Below are positions 38,843 to 48,001 of a DNA stretch of 53,531 bases, piece after piece (the stretch's first letter is position 1; the number at the start of each line of letters is the position of its first letter). Source of the stretch: Candidatus Calescibacterium sp. (lineage in GTDB: Bacteria; Calescibacteriota; Calescibacteriia; Calescibacteriales; Calescibacteriaceae); assembly GCA_032249135.1 (NCBI GenBank), contig JAVVGL010000015.1:1-53531 (forward strand). Direction: 5' to 3'. The notes under the pieces are model-generated. The model did no database searches, had not been told where the DNA came from, and worked only from the letters and a program-made list of their open reading frames with translations. Position numbers and translations under genes: made by a program.

Positions 38843-40099
38843 TTACTGAATTTGAGATGATTCAGTAATCTCTTTTATTTTTTCAATATATGATTTGACT
38901 TTTTCAAGTTCTGCTGAACTTCTCTTTATCCAAACAGTTTTGAGTTTTACCCTTTCTGCAAAGTTTATATTTTTCTCATATATTTCGGAAGCGTATTTTA
39001 GAGCTTTTTCAAGTTCTTTCAGGAGTTCTTGCCTATAAATTTTTATCTCTTCACTATCTTTGAGTTCTGGTGGAGGAGGAGATATTGCGAGGTCTTCAAA
39101 AAGGTATCTATAAGTTTCCCCGAGCTTGAAGACAGCAGCTGTAATCCACCAAGGTTCTCCATTCCTTACAACATCCATATATTTTTTCTGAGCTTCAAGA
39201 ATATGCTTTACCTTACGCTTTACAGCATCAATAGGATAATTTTTCTCTAAAATGGCAAAAATAAAGTTGAGATTAGCTTCAGAAATGGAAACTATTGTTT
39301 TTGCTTCATCTGAAATCTTCCTTTGATTTATACTTTTTATTTCTTTCTCAATTTTCTTAACATCAGCTTTTACAGAAGATAAATTTTGATCTTGAATTTG
39401 TTGATGATTTTCTAAATTTGCAAGATCAATTTCTCTTTTAATCAGAGAGTTTATTATGTTTTCTGTTTTTTGGAATAGAGAAAGAGCATAAGCAAAAAGT
39501 TTCCTTTTCTCATCAAGGAAGGAATTAATATCTATTTCAAAGTTCTCTCCTCTTGATATTTTTATTCTTGAAAGACGCAAGAGAGAATCAGACCTTATCT
39601 CATAATTTGGGCTTTTCAAAAGTTCGGAATAAATTTTCTCTGCTTCATCATCTTTCCCAAGTCTTTCAAGGCTCATTGCAAGATTGAAAAGAGAAATTTC
39701 TCTGTATTCTTCATTTGGGGAATTGTTCGCAAGAACCTCAAATATTCTTGCTGCAATCTCTATATTCCCCTGCGAGTAAAAAACAAAAGCTCTATCAAAC
39801 ATCTCCTCATATGTTCTTACATTGAGAGAATCTTTGAGAGCTTCATATTCAAAAATCACAGGATTTTTTTGATAATTCTGTATCTCCTGAGATTTTTCTG
39901 GGCGTTCTTCAATATAACCTTCTTCTGTTTTATCCCCCCTTTCTTCCTCTTTTATTTCACATTCTGAACATAAAAAATCAATTTTGTTTTCATAAATTTT
40001 AGTTTGCTTTTTAGCACATCCAAAAAGCAAAGAAAATAGGTACAAAGAAATAAAAAAGTAAAATAGATTCCTCATCTTTTTCTCAATCTTCACTGACAT
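38843..40099 (-). CDS. TPR-repeat lipoprotein
   Basis: LFGC lipobox, TPR helices (SLFNLAMSLERLGKDDEAEKIY), C-terminal PPPPEL..EE...Y..EL motif. Confidence 0.85.
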   Translation of the reverse strand: MSVKIEKKMRNLFYFFISLYLFSLLFGCAKKQTKIYENKIDFLCSECEIKEEERGDKTEEGYIEERPEKSQEIQNYQKNPVIFEYEALKDSLNVRTYEEMFDRAFVFYSQGNIEIAARIFEVLANNSPNEEYREISLFNLAMSLERLGKDDEAEKIYSELLKSPNYEIRSDSLLRLSRIKISRGENFEIDINSFLDEKRKLFAYALSLFQKTENIINSLIKREIDLANLENHQQIQDQNLSSVKADVKKIEKEIKSINQRKISDEAKTIVSISEANLNFIFAILEKNYPIDAVKRKVKHILEAQKKYMDVVRNGEPWWITAAVFKLGETYRYLFEDLAISPPPPELKDSEEIKIYRQELLKELEKALKYASEIYEKNINFAERVKLKTVWIKRSSAELEKVKSYIEKIKEITESSQIQ

Positions 40100-40213
40100 A
40101 AAATAAATTATTAATCTTGAAGCAGAAAAATGACTAATCTGATTAAAACTTCAAATTTAAAAAATAAAAGCTATTTCTATCACTTAAAATTTCTGTTGTC
40201 TAAAATTATTTTG

Positions 40214-40489
40214 ATGAAAATTACGGGTGAAACAAAGAGGATAAAACCAAAGTACACTCAAACGGTAAGAATACCGAAAAAATTCAAATCTCTGTTTTGG
40301 GATTGTCCAAATGGGAAAACATATCTTGAAAAATTTATTTTGCGCATTTTAAATTATGGAAGTTTCAAAGATATAAAATGGCTCTATAAAAAATATAAAA
40401 ATGAAACATTTGATATAATCACAAGGTATGATGATATAAAAAAAGGTGTAAAGTTCTGGATAAAATTTTGGCATGAAAGAGGAGATTGA
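40214..40489 (+). CDS. DUF6922-like putative antitoxin
   Basis: IPKKFKSLFWD...FILRILNYG...DIKWL...Y; overlaps the downstream AbiEii gene; ATG 40214 likely start. Confidence 0.7.
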   Translation: MKITGETKRIKPKYTQTVRIPKKFKSLFWDCPNGKTYLEKFILRILNYGSFKDIKWLYKKYKNETFDIITRYDDIKKGVKFWIKFWHERGD

Positions 40490-41081
40490 AAACCTGAAGG
40501 AAAAAATTGAAAAAATGAAGAAAATTTCAAGAGAAATTCAAGCATTATTTAGGAACTTTTATCTTGCAGGTGGGACTGCTCTTATGTTGAAACATAAACA
40601 TAGGATAAGTAAGGACTTGGATTTCTTTTCAGAAAAACCCTTTTCCTTTTTAAGACTTTCGTCAAAAATAAGAAGATTTTTCAAAGTCTCAAAGGAGGAA
40701 AGATTTGAAGATAATATAGATTTTATAATTGATGATATAAAAGTATCTTTCGTATTTTTTCCGTTCAAAAATATAAAACCAATTGAGAAAATAGAAGGTA
40801 TAAAAGTCGCATTAGATTATGACATTTTCCTCAATAAAATATATTCTGCGGGAAGAAGGATAGAAAGTAAAGATATAGTAGATTTTGCTTTTTTATGGAG
40901 AAAATATAGATGGGAAATAAAAAAAGTTAGAAGAGATTTTGAAAGAAAATTCCCTAATCAGAGCTTTGAAATATATTTGGGAGCAATATTTTATATTGAA
41001 GATTACCCAGAAATTGATGAGAGTACTGCAAAAATTATAAATGAAATAAAAAAAGAATGGATAGAGAAAAATACTTTTTAG
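40473..41081 (+). CDS. AbiEii/AbiGii-family nucleotidyltransferase toxin
   Basis: FYLAGGTAL...HRISKDLDFF, K....RRIESKDIVD. Confidence 0.88.
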   Translation: MKEEIENLKEKIEKMKKISREIQALFRNFYLAGGTALMLKHKHRISKDLDFFSEKPFSFLRLSSKIRRFFKVSKEERFEDNIDFIIDDIKVSFVFFPFKNIKPIEKIEGIKVALDYDIFLNKIYSAGRRIESKDIVDFAFLWRKYRWEIKKVRRDFERKFPNQSFEIYLGAIFYIEDYPEIDESTAKIINEIKKEWIEKNTF

Positions 41082-41141
41082 TTAGGGAAAAATATACTTT
41101 AAAGAAAAATATTCTTTGAATATTTTCCAGATCATACATTA

Positions 41142-42146
41142 TCAGCGCACATAGTATTTAAATGTTTTCTCTACGCCATTTCTTTCTAAAACTATTTCAA
41201 AGTATGTCTCATTCTGTATATCTGAAAAGATCTTCAAAATGGCTTCGGGACTTGACACCGGAACTTTATTTATTGACTTTATTACATCTCCATCCTGAAT
41301 TCCTATAGCTCTATAAAAGCTTGAAGGAGATATATTTACAAGACGGAACCCTTGAATTTTACCATCTTTTATGTAAGGAATAGCTCTTGCTGATATAAGA
41401 AGCTGAGTCATATCAGAAAGATTTGAGACTACAAACTCACGCTTTACCTCAAAGGTATCTTCCCCAACACGGCGAAGCTGTGAAGAAAGTGGTCCGCCTC
41501 CGCTTTCAAATTCAAAAGATTGCCCCGGAGGAATTCCATAAGGTTTTTCTCCAGCATTATCAACTTTTTGCTGCTGTGCCTGTGCTCTTTGCATCTCTTC
41601 TTCAAACTTTTTCTTATCTTCTTCAAACAAAAATAAAATCTCTTTTCTGTTTCCACGAAGTATCTCAACTCTATCTGGTTTTATAGATACTATTTTCGCC
41701 CCCGGTTCTATTTCCTCTCCCTGTCTTTTCATGAAAGTAGTATTAGACTGAGTGTGATATATAAAAGCGTAATTTTCTTTTTTTCCTCCTATTATGGTTC
41801 CAACGAGTTTGTACGAATCTGAAAGTGGAGAAACAACTACTTCTTTTATAACCTCTTCCTCTTTTGGATTTTGCTCAACAACAATTTTCCTTCCGAGTAT
41901 TCCCTTCTCCCAAAGAAAACTGAAAGCTTCTGGGGATATATTGTTTTTTTGGTTATTCCTCATAAGGTGCCCATCAAGGTTTGACTTCAGATATTGCTCT
42001 CTCTCCTCTACCTTTATAGAATTTTTGATAAAAAAAATTGAGATCCTTGAAAAAGATAATCCAAAAAAGAAAATCACAAAAAAAAATGATATTTCTGTTG
42101 CTCTCTCAACTAATATCCTCTTTATTATGTTTAACAAATTCTCCAT
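41142..42146 (-). CDS. gspC: Type II secretion system protein C (TM, HR domain, PDZ)
   Basis: KLVGTIIG...AFI, IVSIKPDRVEI, ARAIPYIKDGKIQGFRL, IGIQDGDVIKSIN, ERNG. Confidence 0.88.
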   Translation of the reverse strand: MENLLNIIKRILVERATEISFFFVIFFFGLSFSRISIFFIKNSIKVEEREQYLKSNLDGHLMRNNQKNNISPEAFSFLWEKGILGRKIVVEQNPKEEEVIKEVVVSPLSDSYKLVGTIIGGKKENYAFIYHTQSNTTFMKRQGEEIEPGAKIVSIKPDRVEILRGNRKEILFLFEEDKKKFEEEMQRAQAQQQKVDNAGEKPYGIPPGQSFEFESGGGPLSSQLRRVGEDTFEVKREFVVSNLSDMTQLLISARAIPYIKDGKIQGFRLVNISPSSFYRAIGIQDGDVIKSINKVPVSSPEAILKIFSDIQNETYFEIVLERNGVEKTFKYYVR

Positions 42147-42305
42147 CTTATCCTCTTGCCTTTGTTCTTCCTTATTTTTTCTCCTTACCTGATTAAAATA
42201 TATTTTAGGAATATTACGAAAATTAAAATAAAACTCTAACTTAATTTTTCAAAAAATAAACTGAAAGGAATTATAGATTAAATTAGTTATTTAGAAAATA
42301 ACTAT

Positions 42306-44285
42306 ATGACTGGTAAGGAATTTCTTGAGAAGAAAGGAATCAAGAAAGATGATATTGTTGGCATAAAAGTAGGAAATAAAATTTTTGATTTGCTCACCCC
42401 TTTACCTGAAAGTGTGTTAACAGAACTAGAAAAAGTCATAGCAGAAAATAAATTAGATAGCTCAAGTTCTAATGTGAAACTTATAAGAATAGATAGTCTA
42501 GATGGATTAGATATTATGAGACATTCTTGTGCTCATGCTCTCGCTCAATCTGTAAAGAGGCTTTTCCCTGAAACAAAGCTTTCTGTTGGTCCAACAACAG
42601 AAGTTGGATTTTTCTATGATTTTTACAGACCGCAAGGTTTCTCAGAAGAAGACTTGAAAAAAATAGAAGAAGAAATGAAAAAAATAAAGAATGAAAACTT
42701 ACCCATAAGAAGATTTGAGCTTAAAAAAGAAGAAGCAATAAAACTATACGAACAAAAGGGAGAAATTTTCAAAATAGAAATACTCAAAGAAATAGAAGAT
42801 GATGTGGTATCATTTTATGAGCAAGGTGAATTTTTGGATCTTTGTAGAGGACCTCATGTGCCCTCAACTGGAATGATAGGGGCGTTCAAACTTACATCAA
42901 TATCTGCTGTACATTTTAGAGGAGATGAAAATGCCCCCCAACTCATAAGAATATATGGTGTAGCGTTTGCAAATGAAGAAGCACTTCAAAACTACTTCAA
43001 GCAACTTGAAGAAATTAAAAAGAGAGACCACAGAAAATTGGGAAAAGAACTTGAACTTTTCATGATAGATGAAGATGAAATAGGACCGGGACTTGTAATA
43101 TGGTTGCCGAAGGGAGCAAAAATAAGGAGAAAAATAGAAAACTTTTGGCTCAAAATACACGAAAAAAAAGGTTATAACCTCGTATATACACCCCATATAG
43201 CAAAAATAAATCTCTGGAAAACTTCAGGACACCTTGACCACTACAGAAAATTTATGTTCCCACCTATGGAGTGGGATAAAGAAGATGTAAAAGAAAAAAA
43301 AGAAGAATCAAAAGATTTTGAAAGGTCAATAGGTTACGGAGGTGAAAAAACTCCATACCAGCTCAAACCTATGAATTGTCCGTTTCACATAATGATTTTC
43401 AAATCAAAAACTCGGTCATACCGCGATTTACCTTTCAGATTGTGTGAGTTTGGAACAGTTTATAGATATGAAAAAAGTGGGGTCCTTCATGGACTTCTTC
43501 GTGTGAGAGGTTTCACACAAGACGATGCCCACATATTTTTGAAAATAGATCAAATAGAAGATGAAGTTTCCGAAATTCTTGAAATAATCAAAGAAATATT
43601 GAGTATGTTCGGATTTTCAGAGTATATGGTTTTTTTATCAACAAGACCAGAAGAAAAAGCAGGTACAGATGATGAATGGGATTTTGCAGAGGAATCTTTA
43701 AAAAAAGCGTTAGAAAAAAGCAAATTGAACTTTGAAATAGATCCCGGAGAAGGGGTTTTTTATGGACCAAAAATAGATTTGAAAATAAAAGATGTTCTTG
43801 GAAGAGTTTGGCAATGCTCAACAGTTCAACTTGATTTTAATTTGCCAAGAAAATTTTCTGCTTTCTATATAGATTCAGATAATCAAAGAAAACCAGTGTA
43901 TATAATTCACCGAGCTATATTTGGGTCATTTGAAAGATTTTTTGGGATATTTATTGAAAACACAGCAGGAAACTTTCCCCCATATTTTGCTCCTATTCAG
44001 TGTGTAGTAATAAGTGTCAAGGAAAATTCGCAAGATTACGCTTCATTTATATATAATCTTCTTTCAGAAAATGGGCTTGACTGCGAGTTTGACTTAGAAA
44101 CAGGAGAACGATTATCAAAGAGAATAAGAAACTGGGAAGTTGCAAAAGTTCCATTTATGATAGTTATTGGAGAAAAGGAAAAAGAAGAAAAAACAATAAC
44201 AATAAGAGAAAAAGGTGGTTCGATAAAAACTTTATCAATAGAGGAGGGAATAAAATACATTTTATCAAAATGCAGTATAGGGTAG
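42306..44285 (+). CDS. thrS: Threonine--tRNA ligase
   Basis: RHSCAH, DLCRGPHVP, RDHRKLG, LKPMNCPFH, RVRGFTQDDAH, FYGPKID, HRAIFGSFERF. Confidence 0.98.
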   Translation: MTGKEFLEKKGIKKDDIVGIKVGNKIFDLLTPLPESVLTELEKVIAENKLDSSSSNVKLIRIDSLDGLDIMRHSCAHALAQSVKRLFPETKLSVGPTTEVGFFYDFYRPQGFSEEDLKKIEEEMKKIKNENLPIRRFELKKEEAIKLYEQKGEIFKIEILKEIEDDVVSFYEQGEFLDLCRGPHVPSTGMIGAFKLTSISAVHFRGDENAPQLIRIYGVAFANEEALQNYFKQLEEIKKRDHRKLGKELELFMIDEDEIGPGLVIWLPKGAKIRRKIENFWLKIHEKKGYNLVYTPHIAKINLWKTSGHLDHYRKFMFPPMEWDKEDVKEKKEESKDFERSIGYGGEKTPYQLKPMNCPFHIMIFKSKTRSYRDLPFRLCEFGTVYRYEKSGVLHGLLRVRGFTQDDAHIFLKIDQIEDEVSEILEIIKEILSMFGFSEYMVFLSTRPEEKAGTDDEWDFAEESLKKALEKSKLNFEIDPGEGVFYGPKIDLKIKDVLGRVWQCSTVQLDFNLPRKFSAFYIDSDNQRKPVYIIHRAIFGSFERFFGIFIENTAGNFPPYFAPIQCVVISVKENSQDYASFIYNLLSENGLDCEFDLETGERLSKRIRNWEVAKVPFMIVIGEKEKEEKTITIREKGGSIKTLSIEEGIKYILSKCSIG

Positions 44286-44779
44286 GAAGGAATATAAAAG
44301 CAAAACAAGTAAGGGTAATAGGAGAAGACGGAAAACAAATAGGCATTCTTCCTCTGGAGGAGGCTCTAAAAATAGCTGAGGAGAAGGGGCTTGACCTTGT
44401 AGAAATAGTACCAAATGCCGATCCGCCAGTTTGCAAAATAGTTGATTTCGGAAAATTCTTATATGAGCAAAAGAAAAAAGAGAAAGAAATAAAAAAAAGC
44501 CAAAAAGTAATAGAAGTGAAGGAGATGCAGTTCTCTCCAACTATCCAAGACCATGATATAGAAATAAAAGCCAAAAAAATAATAGAGTGGATGAAAGAAG
44601 GAGAAGTAAAGGTGAAACTTGTGGTCAAAGGAAAGGGAAGAGAAGCATTGCATGATGAGGTAATGAGAAAAGTCATAGATAAAGTTATGCAATACCTTTC
44701 AGATTCAGCACAATTTGAAAAACCACCATACAAAGAGGGAAGAAACTTAGTAGCAATAATCACACCAAAAAGAAAGTAA
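44255..44779 (+). CDS. infC: Translation initiation factor IF-3 (start either ATA 44255 or ATG 44270)
   Basis: VRVIGEDGKQIGI, GLDLVEIVPNADPPVCKIVDFGKF, VKEMQFSPTI..HD; follows and overlaps thrS. Confidence 0.95.
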   Translation: MHFIKMQYRVGRNIKAKQVRVIGEDGKQIGILPLEEALKIAEEKGLDLVEIVPNADPPVCKIVDFGKFLYEQKKKEKEIKKSQKVIEVKEMQFSPTIQDHDIEIKAKKIIEWMKEGEVKVKLVVKGKGREALHDEVMRKVIDKVMQYLSDSAQFEKPPYKEGRNLVAIITPKRK

Positions 44780-44874
44780 TGGTTTTTATTTCCTTAAAGA
44801 AGAACTAATTTTGAACATATAAAAAAGGGAAAGGAAAAAATTTCTCTGCTCCGGAATAAAATTAATCAGAGAAG

Positions 44875-45789
44875 ATGAAAACATTTCACAAATTGATTTT
44901 TGGAGATAGCGAAAATATGAAAGAATTAGATAATAATAGTGTCCATCTTGTAGTTACAAGTCCTCCATATTTTAATGCTCCTTTTGATTACCCTGATCTT
45001 TTTCCAAGTTATGATGCATACCTAGATAAAATGACAAAGGTTGCAAGAGAGATAAAAAGAGTACTATGTCCCGGTAGGATAGCATGTATAGTATGTGATG
45101 ATATTTTAATAGAAGACAAAAAATTTCCAATAGTTGCGGATCTCACAAAGATTTTTATAAAAGAAGGATTTGATTACCGCGATAAAATTATATGGATAAA
45201 GCCAGAAGGTTACATTCGTATAAGTAGAAGAAGCGGAGTTGTTTTGCAAAATCCATACCCTATGTACTTTTATCCTGACAACATCCAAGAGACAATTCTT
45301 ATTTTTCAGAAAGGGAAATTTGATTACAAAAGTATTCCTGATGAGATGAGAGGGAAATCAAAAATAGACATTTTGGAGTATAAAGATAAAAAGTGGTATT
45401 TGAACGTATGGAAGATTGTTAATGTCTTACCCTTAAAAAACCGATTAGAAACCGGTATAGCTGCTTTTCCAGAAGAAATACCATACAGGCTTATAAAACT
45501 CTTTTCATATGTAGGAGAAACTGTTCTTGATCCTTTTATGGGTTCTGGTACAACAAATAAGGTAGCAGCAATGCTCAAAAGAAATAGTGTTGGATATGAA
45601 ATTGATTTAGAGCTATTAGAAGTAGTCAAAGAAAAAATAGGATTAAAAAAGAACCCAATATTTTATGATGTTGAGATAATAGTAAGAGATGATGCAAAAC
45701 ATCTCCGCACAGAATTGCAAAATAAAGTTAGCAACAAAATATCAGTGGTAAAAAATGCCAAAAGAATTTCAAAAAGGTCTAACCGATAA
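44875..45789 (+). CDS. Beta-class amino-DNA methyltransferase (probably N4-cytosine)
   Basis: Motif IV VVTSPPY precedes motif I VLDPFMGSGTT; AAFPEEIPYRLI. Confidence 0.93.
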   Translation: MKTFHKLIFGDSENMKELDNNSVHLVVTSPPYFNAPFDYPDLFPSYDAYLDKMTKVAREIKRVLCPGRIACIVCDDILIEDKKFPIVADLTKIFIKEGFDYRDKIIWIKPEGYIRISRRSGVVLQNPYPMYFYPDNIQETILIFQKGKFDYKSIPDEMRGKSKIDILEYKDKKWYLNVWKIVNVLPLKNRLETGIAAFPEEIPYRLIKLFSYVGETVLDPFMGSGTTNKVAAMLKRNSVGYEIDLELLEVVKEKIGLKKNPIFYDVEIIVRDDAKHLRTELQNKVSNKISVVKNAKRISKRSNR

Positions 45790-46192
45790 AGAGAAAGGGG
45801 AATTACTCACAATATTAGAGGAACAAGGTAAAATAAATTGGATAATTTTCCTATTTAGCGAAATATGGAAAGAAAAATTTGTGAAAATGAAAGATACGTT
45901 GATGATAGTTGATGGACATGTTGGTAAAGTATTTTGTAGAACTGGACTATTAAGCGAAATCCTCTATGAGAGAAATCGCCCATATATTATTCAAGCAAGC
46001 AAAATGAGAACGCAGATAGAGAAAATAGTATATGACTTTGGGAAAATTCCATTCTATGTGGACAACGGGGCTTTCTATATTTTTGAAGAAGGCTTTTGCA
46101 CTGATATATCACCAAACTGTAAAAGTTGTCCAATAAGTAAATTGTGCAGAAAATATACAAAGTGGACAGCTTACCAAAAGTGGAAAGATTAA
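45755..46192 (+). CDS. Endonuclease III/HhH-GPD-like protein with [4Fe-4S] motif, short or internally deleted
   Basis: IVDGHVGKVFCRTG (cf. VDTHV.RV..R.G) and CTDISPNCKSCPISKLC (C-x6-C-x2-C-x5-C); only 145 aa. Confidence 0.7.
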   Translation: MPKEFQKGLTDKEKGELLTILEEQGKINWIIFLFSEIWKEKFVKMKDTLMIVDGHVGKVFCRTGLLSEILYERNRPYIIQASKMRTQIEKIVYDFGKIPFYVDNGAFYIFEEGFCTDISPNCKSCPISKLCRKYTKWTAYQKWKD

Positions 46193-46264
46193 AAAATTAC
46201 CATTCGCTAAACAGAATATAAAATAGCAAAAAATAAAATAATAGGTATATATTGGAGGACAAAA

Positions 46265-47848
46265 ATGCAGACATTAGGAGAAAGGATAAGAGAGAAACTT
46301 TTCAAAATATGTCAAGATATAAACAAAGATAAAATACCCCATATACAGTATCCTGAAAGACCAAAAAACGACGAATATGGAGAACTCTTTACAGATATTG
46401 CATTCAAACTCGCTCCAATAATGAAAAAACCTCCAAATGTTATAGCAGAAGAAATAAAAAAAGAGCTACAAGAATTCAATCCTTCCGTTGTGAATGGATT
46501 TATAAATTTCAAAATACCTCCGGAAATCTCAATTGATTTTCTTTTCAACTTCACTAAACCCAAAAATTTTGAGGGACAAAAAATCTTGTCTGAATTCGTT
46601 TCTGCAAACCCTACTGGTCCATTACATATAGGACACGGAAGGATAGCCGCTGTTGGAGATGCAGTTTCACGGATGCTTGAATTTTGTGGAGGAGAAGTTG
46701 TAAGAGAGTTTTACATCAACGACGCAGGAGAACAAATAGAAAAACTTGGACAAACAATAAAAGGGGTTGGCGAAGAATACAAAGGAGAATATACAGAAAA
46801 AATAAAAAAAATTCTCCAAGATGAAATACAAAATTCTGATGCTTTCTCTTTAGGATTTAAAGCTTCAAGAATAATTCTTGAAGATATAAAAAAAACATTG
46901 GAGAGGTTCAGAGTAAGGTTTGAAAATTTCGTTTCAGAAAAAGAAATATCAGAAAAATATATCAAGGATGCTCTTGAAATAATAAGACCTTACACATATG
47001 AACAAGACTCAGCTATTTTCTTAAAAACAACATTATTTGGAGATGACAAAGATAGAGTCGTTATAAAAAGAGATGGAAAACCAACTTATTTTGGAAACGA
47101 TTGCGCATATCATCTTTACAAAATAAAAAGAGGCTTTGACATACTTTTTCAGGTATGGGGAGCAGACCATCACGGATATATAAAAAGAATAGAATCTTTT
47201 CTAAATATCGCAGGATTTAAGGGAAAATTCATAGTCAAGCTTGTTCAGATGGTTCTTTTACTAAAAGATGGAAAAGCAGTTCAGATGTCAAAAAGAGAAG
47301 GAACATTCATAACATTAGATGAGCTCATAGAAGAAGTAGGAGAAGATGCGGCAAGATTCATCTACCTTACAAAAAACTCAGATACACAGCTTGAATTTGA
47401 TATAGATTTAGCTAAAAAGAAAAGTATGGAAAATCCTGTATTTTATGTCCAGTACGCTCATGCAAGAATATCATCTGTATTTGAAGAAGCTAAAACAAGA
47501 AAACTTATTTCAGGATACGAAAAATGGAAAGAAGACCTCAAAGAAAAAATAAGAGCAAAAAATTTTGATGAAGACTTTGATCTTGAAGAGGAAGAAAGAC
47601 ATATATTAGGATTGTGTTGTGTGTTTTACGATGAGGTCATAACATCTTGTGAGCTTTTTGAACCAAGCAGACTTACCTCATTCCTTATGTCCCTTGCAGC
47701 TTCTTTTCACTCATTCTACCAGAAAAAAAAGATTCTCGTAGAAGATGAAAAAATAAGGTTCAAAAGATTACTTGTATGTGAAATGGCAAAAAAAACGATA
47801 AAAACCGGACTTGAACTCCTTGGGGTTTCAGCACCAGATAAAATGTAG
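46265..47848 (+). CDS. argS: Arginine--tRNA ligase
   Basis: EFVSANPTGPLHIGHGR, EFYINDAG, WGADHHGY, MSKREG, NPVFYVQYAHAR. Confidence 0.98.
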   Translation: MQTLGERIREKLFKICQDINKDKIPHIQYPERPKNDEYGELFTDIAFKLAPIMKKPPNVIAEEIKKELQEFNPSVVNGFINFKIPPEISIDFLFNFTKPKNFEGQKILSEFVSANPTGPLHIGHGRIAAVGDAVSRMLEFCGGEVVREFYINDAGEQIEKLGQTIKGVGEEYKGEYTEKIKKILQDEIQNSDAFSLGFKASRIILEDIKKTLERFRVRFENFVSEKEISEKYIKDALEIIRPYTYEQDSAIFLKTTLFGDDKDRVVIKRDGKPTYFGNDCAYHLYKIKRGFDILFQVWGADHHGYIKRIESFLNIAGFKGKFIVKLVQMVLLLKDGKAVQMSKREGTFITLDELIEEVGEDAARFIYLTKNSDTQLEFDIDLAKKKSMENPVFYVQYAHARISSVFEEAKTRKLISGYEKWKEDLKEKIRAKNFDEDFDLEEEERHILGLCCVFYDEVITSCELFEPSRLTSFLMSLAASFHSFYQKKKILVEDEKIRFKRLLVCEMAKKTIKTGLELLGVSAPDKM

Positions 47849-47919
47849 CTTATTTTAGAACAAAATTTGCCAAAAGCACAAAGAAAACTTATATTATTAA
47901 ATTAAAAAATGCTTTCTTT

Positions 47920-47991
47920 TGGGGTGTCGTCTAACTGGCAGGACACGGGACTTTGGATCCCGGCGTGGAGGTTCGAGTCCTCCCACCCCAA
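47920..47991 (+). tRNA. tRNA-Gln(UUG)
   Basis: TGGGGTG/CACCCCA acceptor stem, CGGGA-CT-TTG-GA-TCCCG anticodon arm, GGAGG-TTCGAGT-CCTCC T arm; sits directly before prs, a conserved arrangement. Confidence 0.96.
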
Positions 47992-48001
47992 CAATTAGTT
48001 T

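Noticed and set aside
33696-47991. tRNA-anchored prophage or island
   Set aside because: No duplicated tRNA 3' end, integrase or phage genes were seen in the window.
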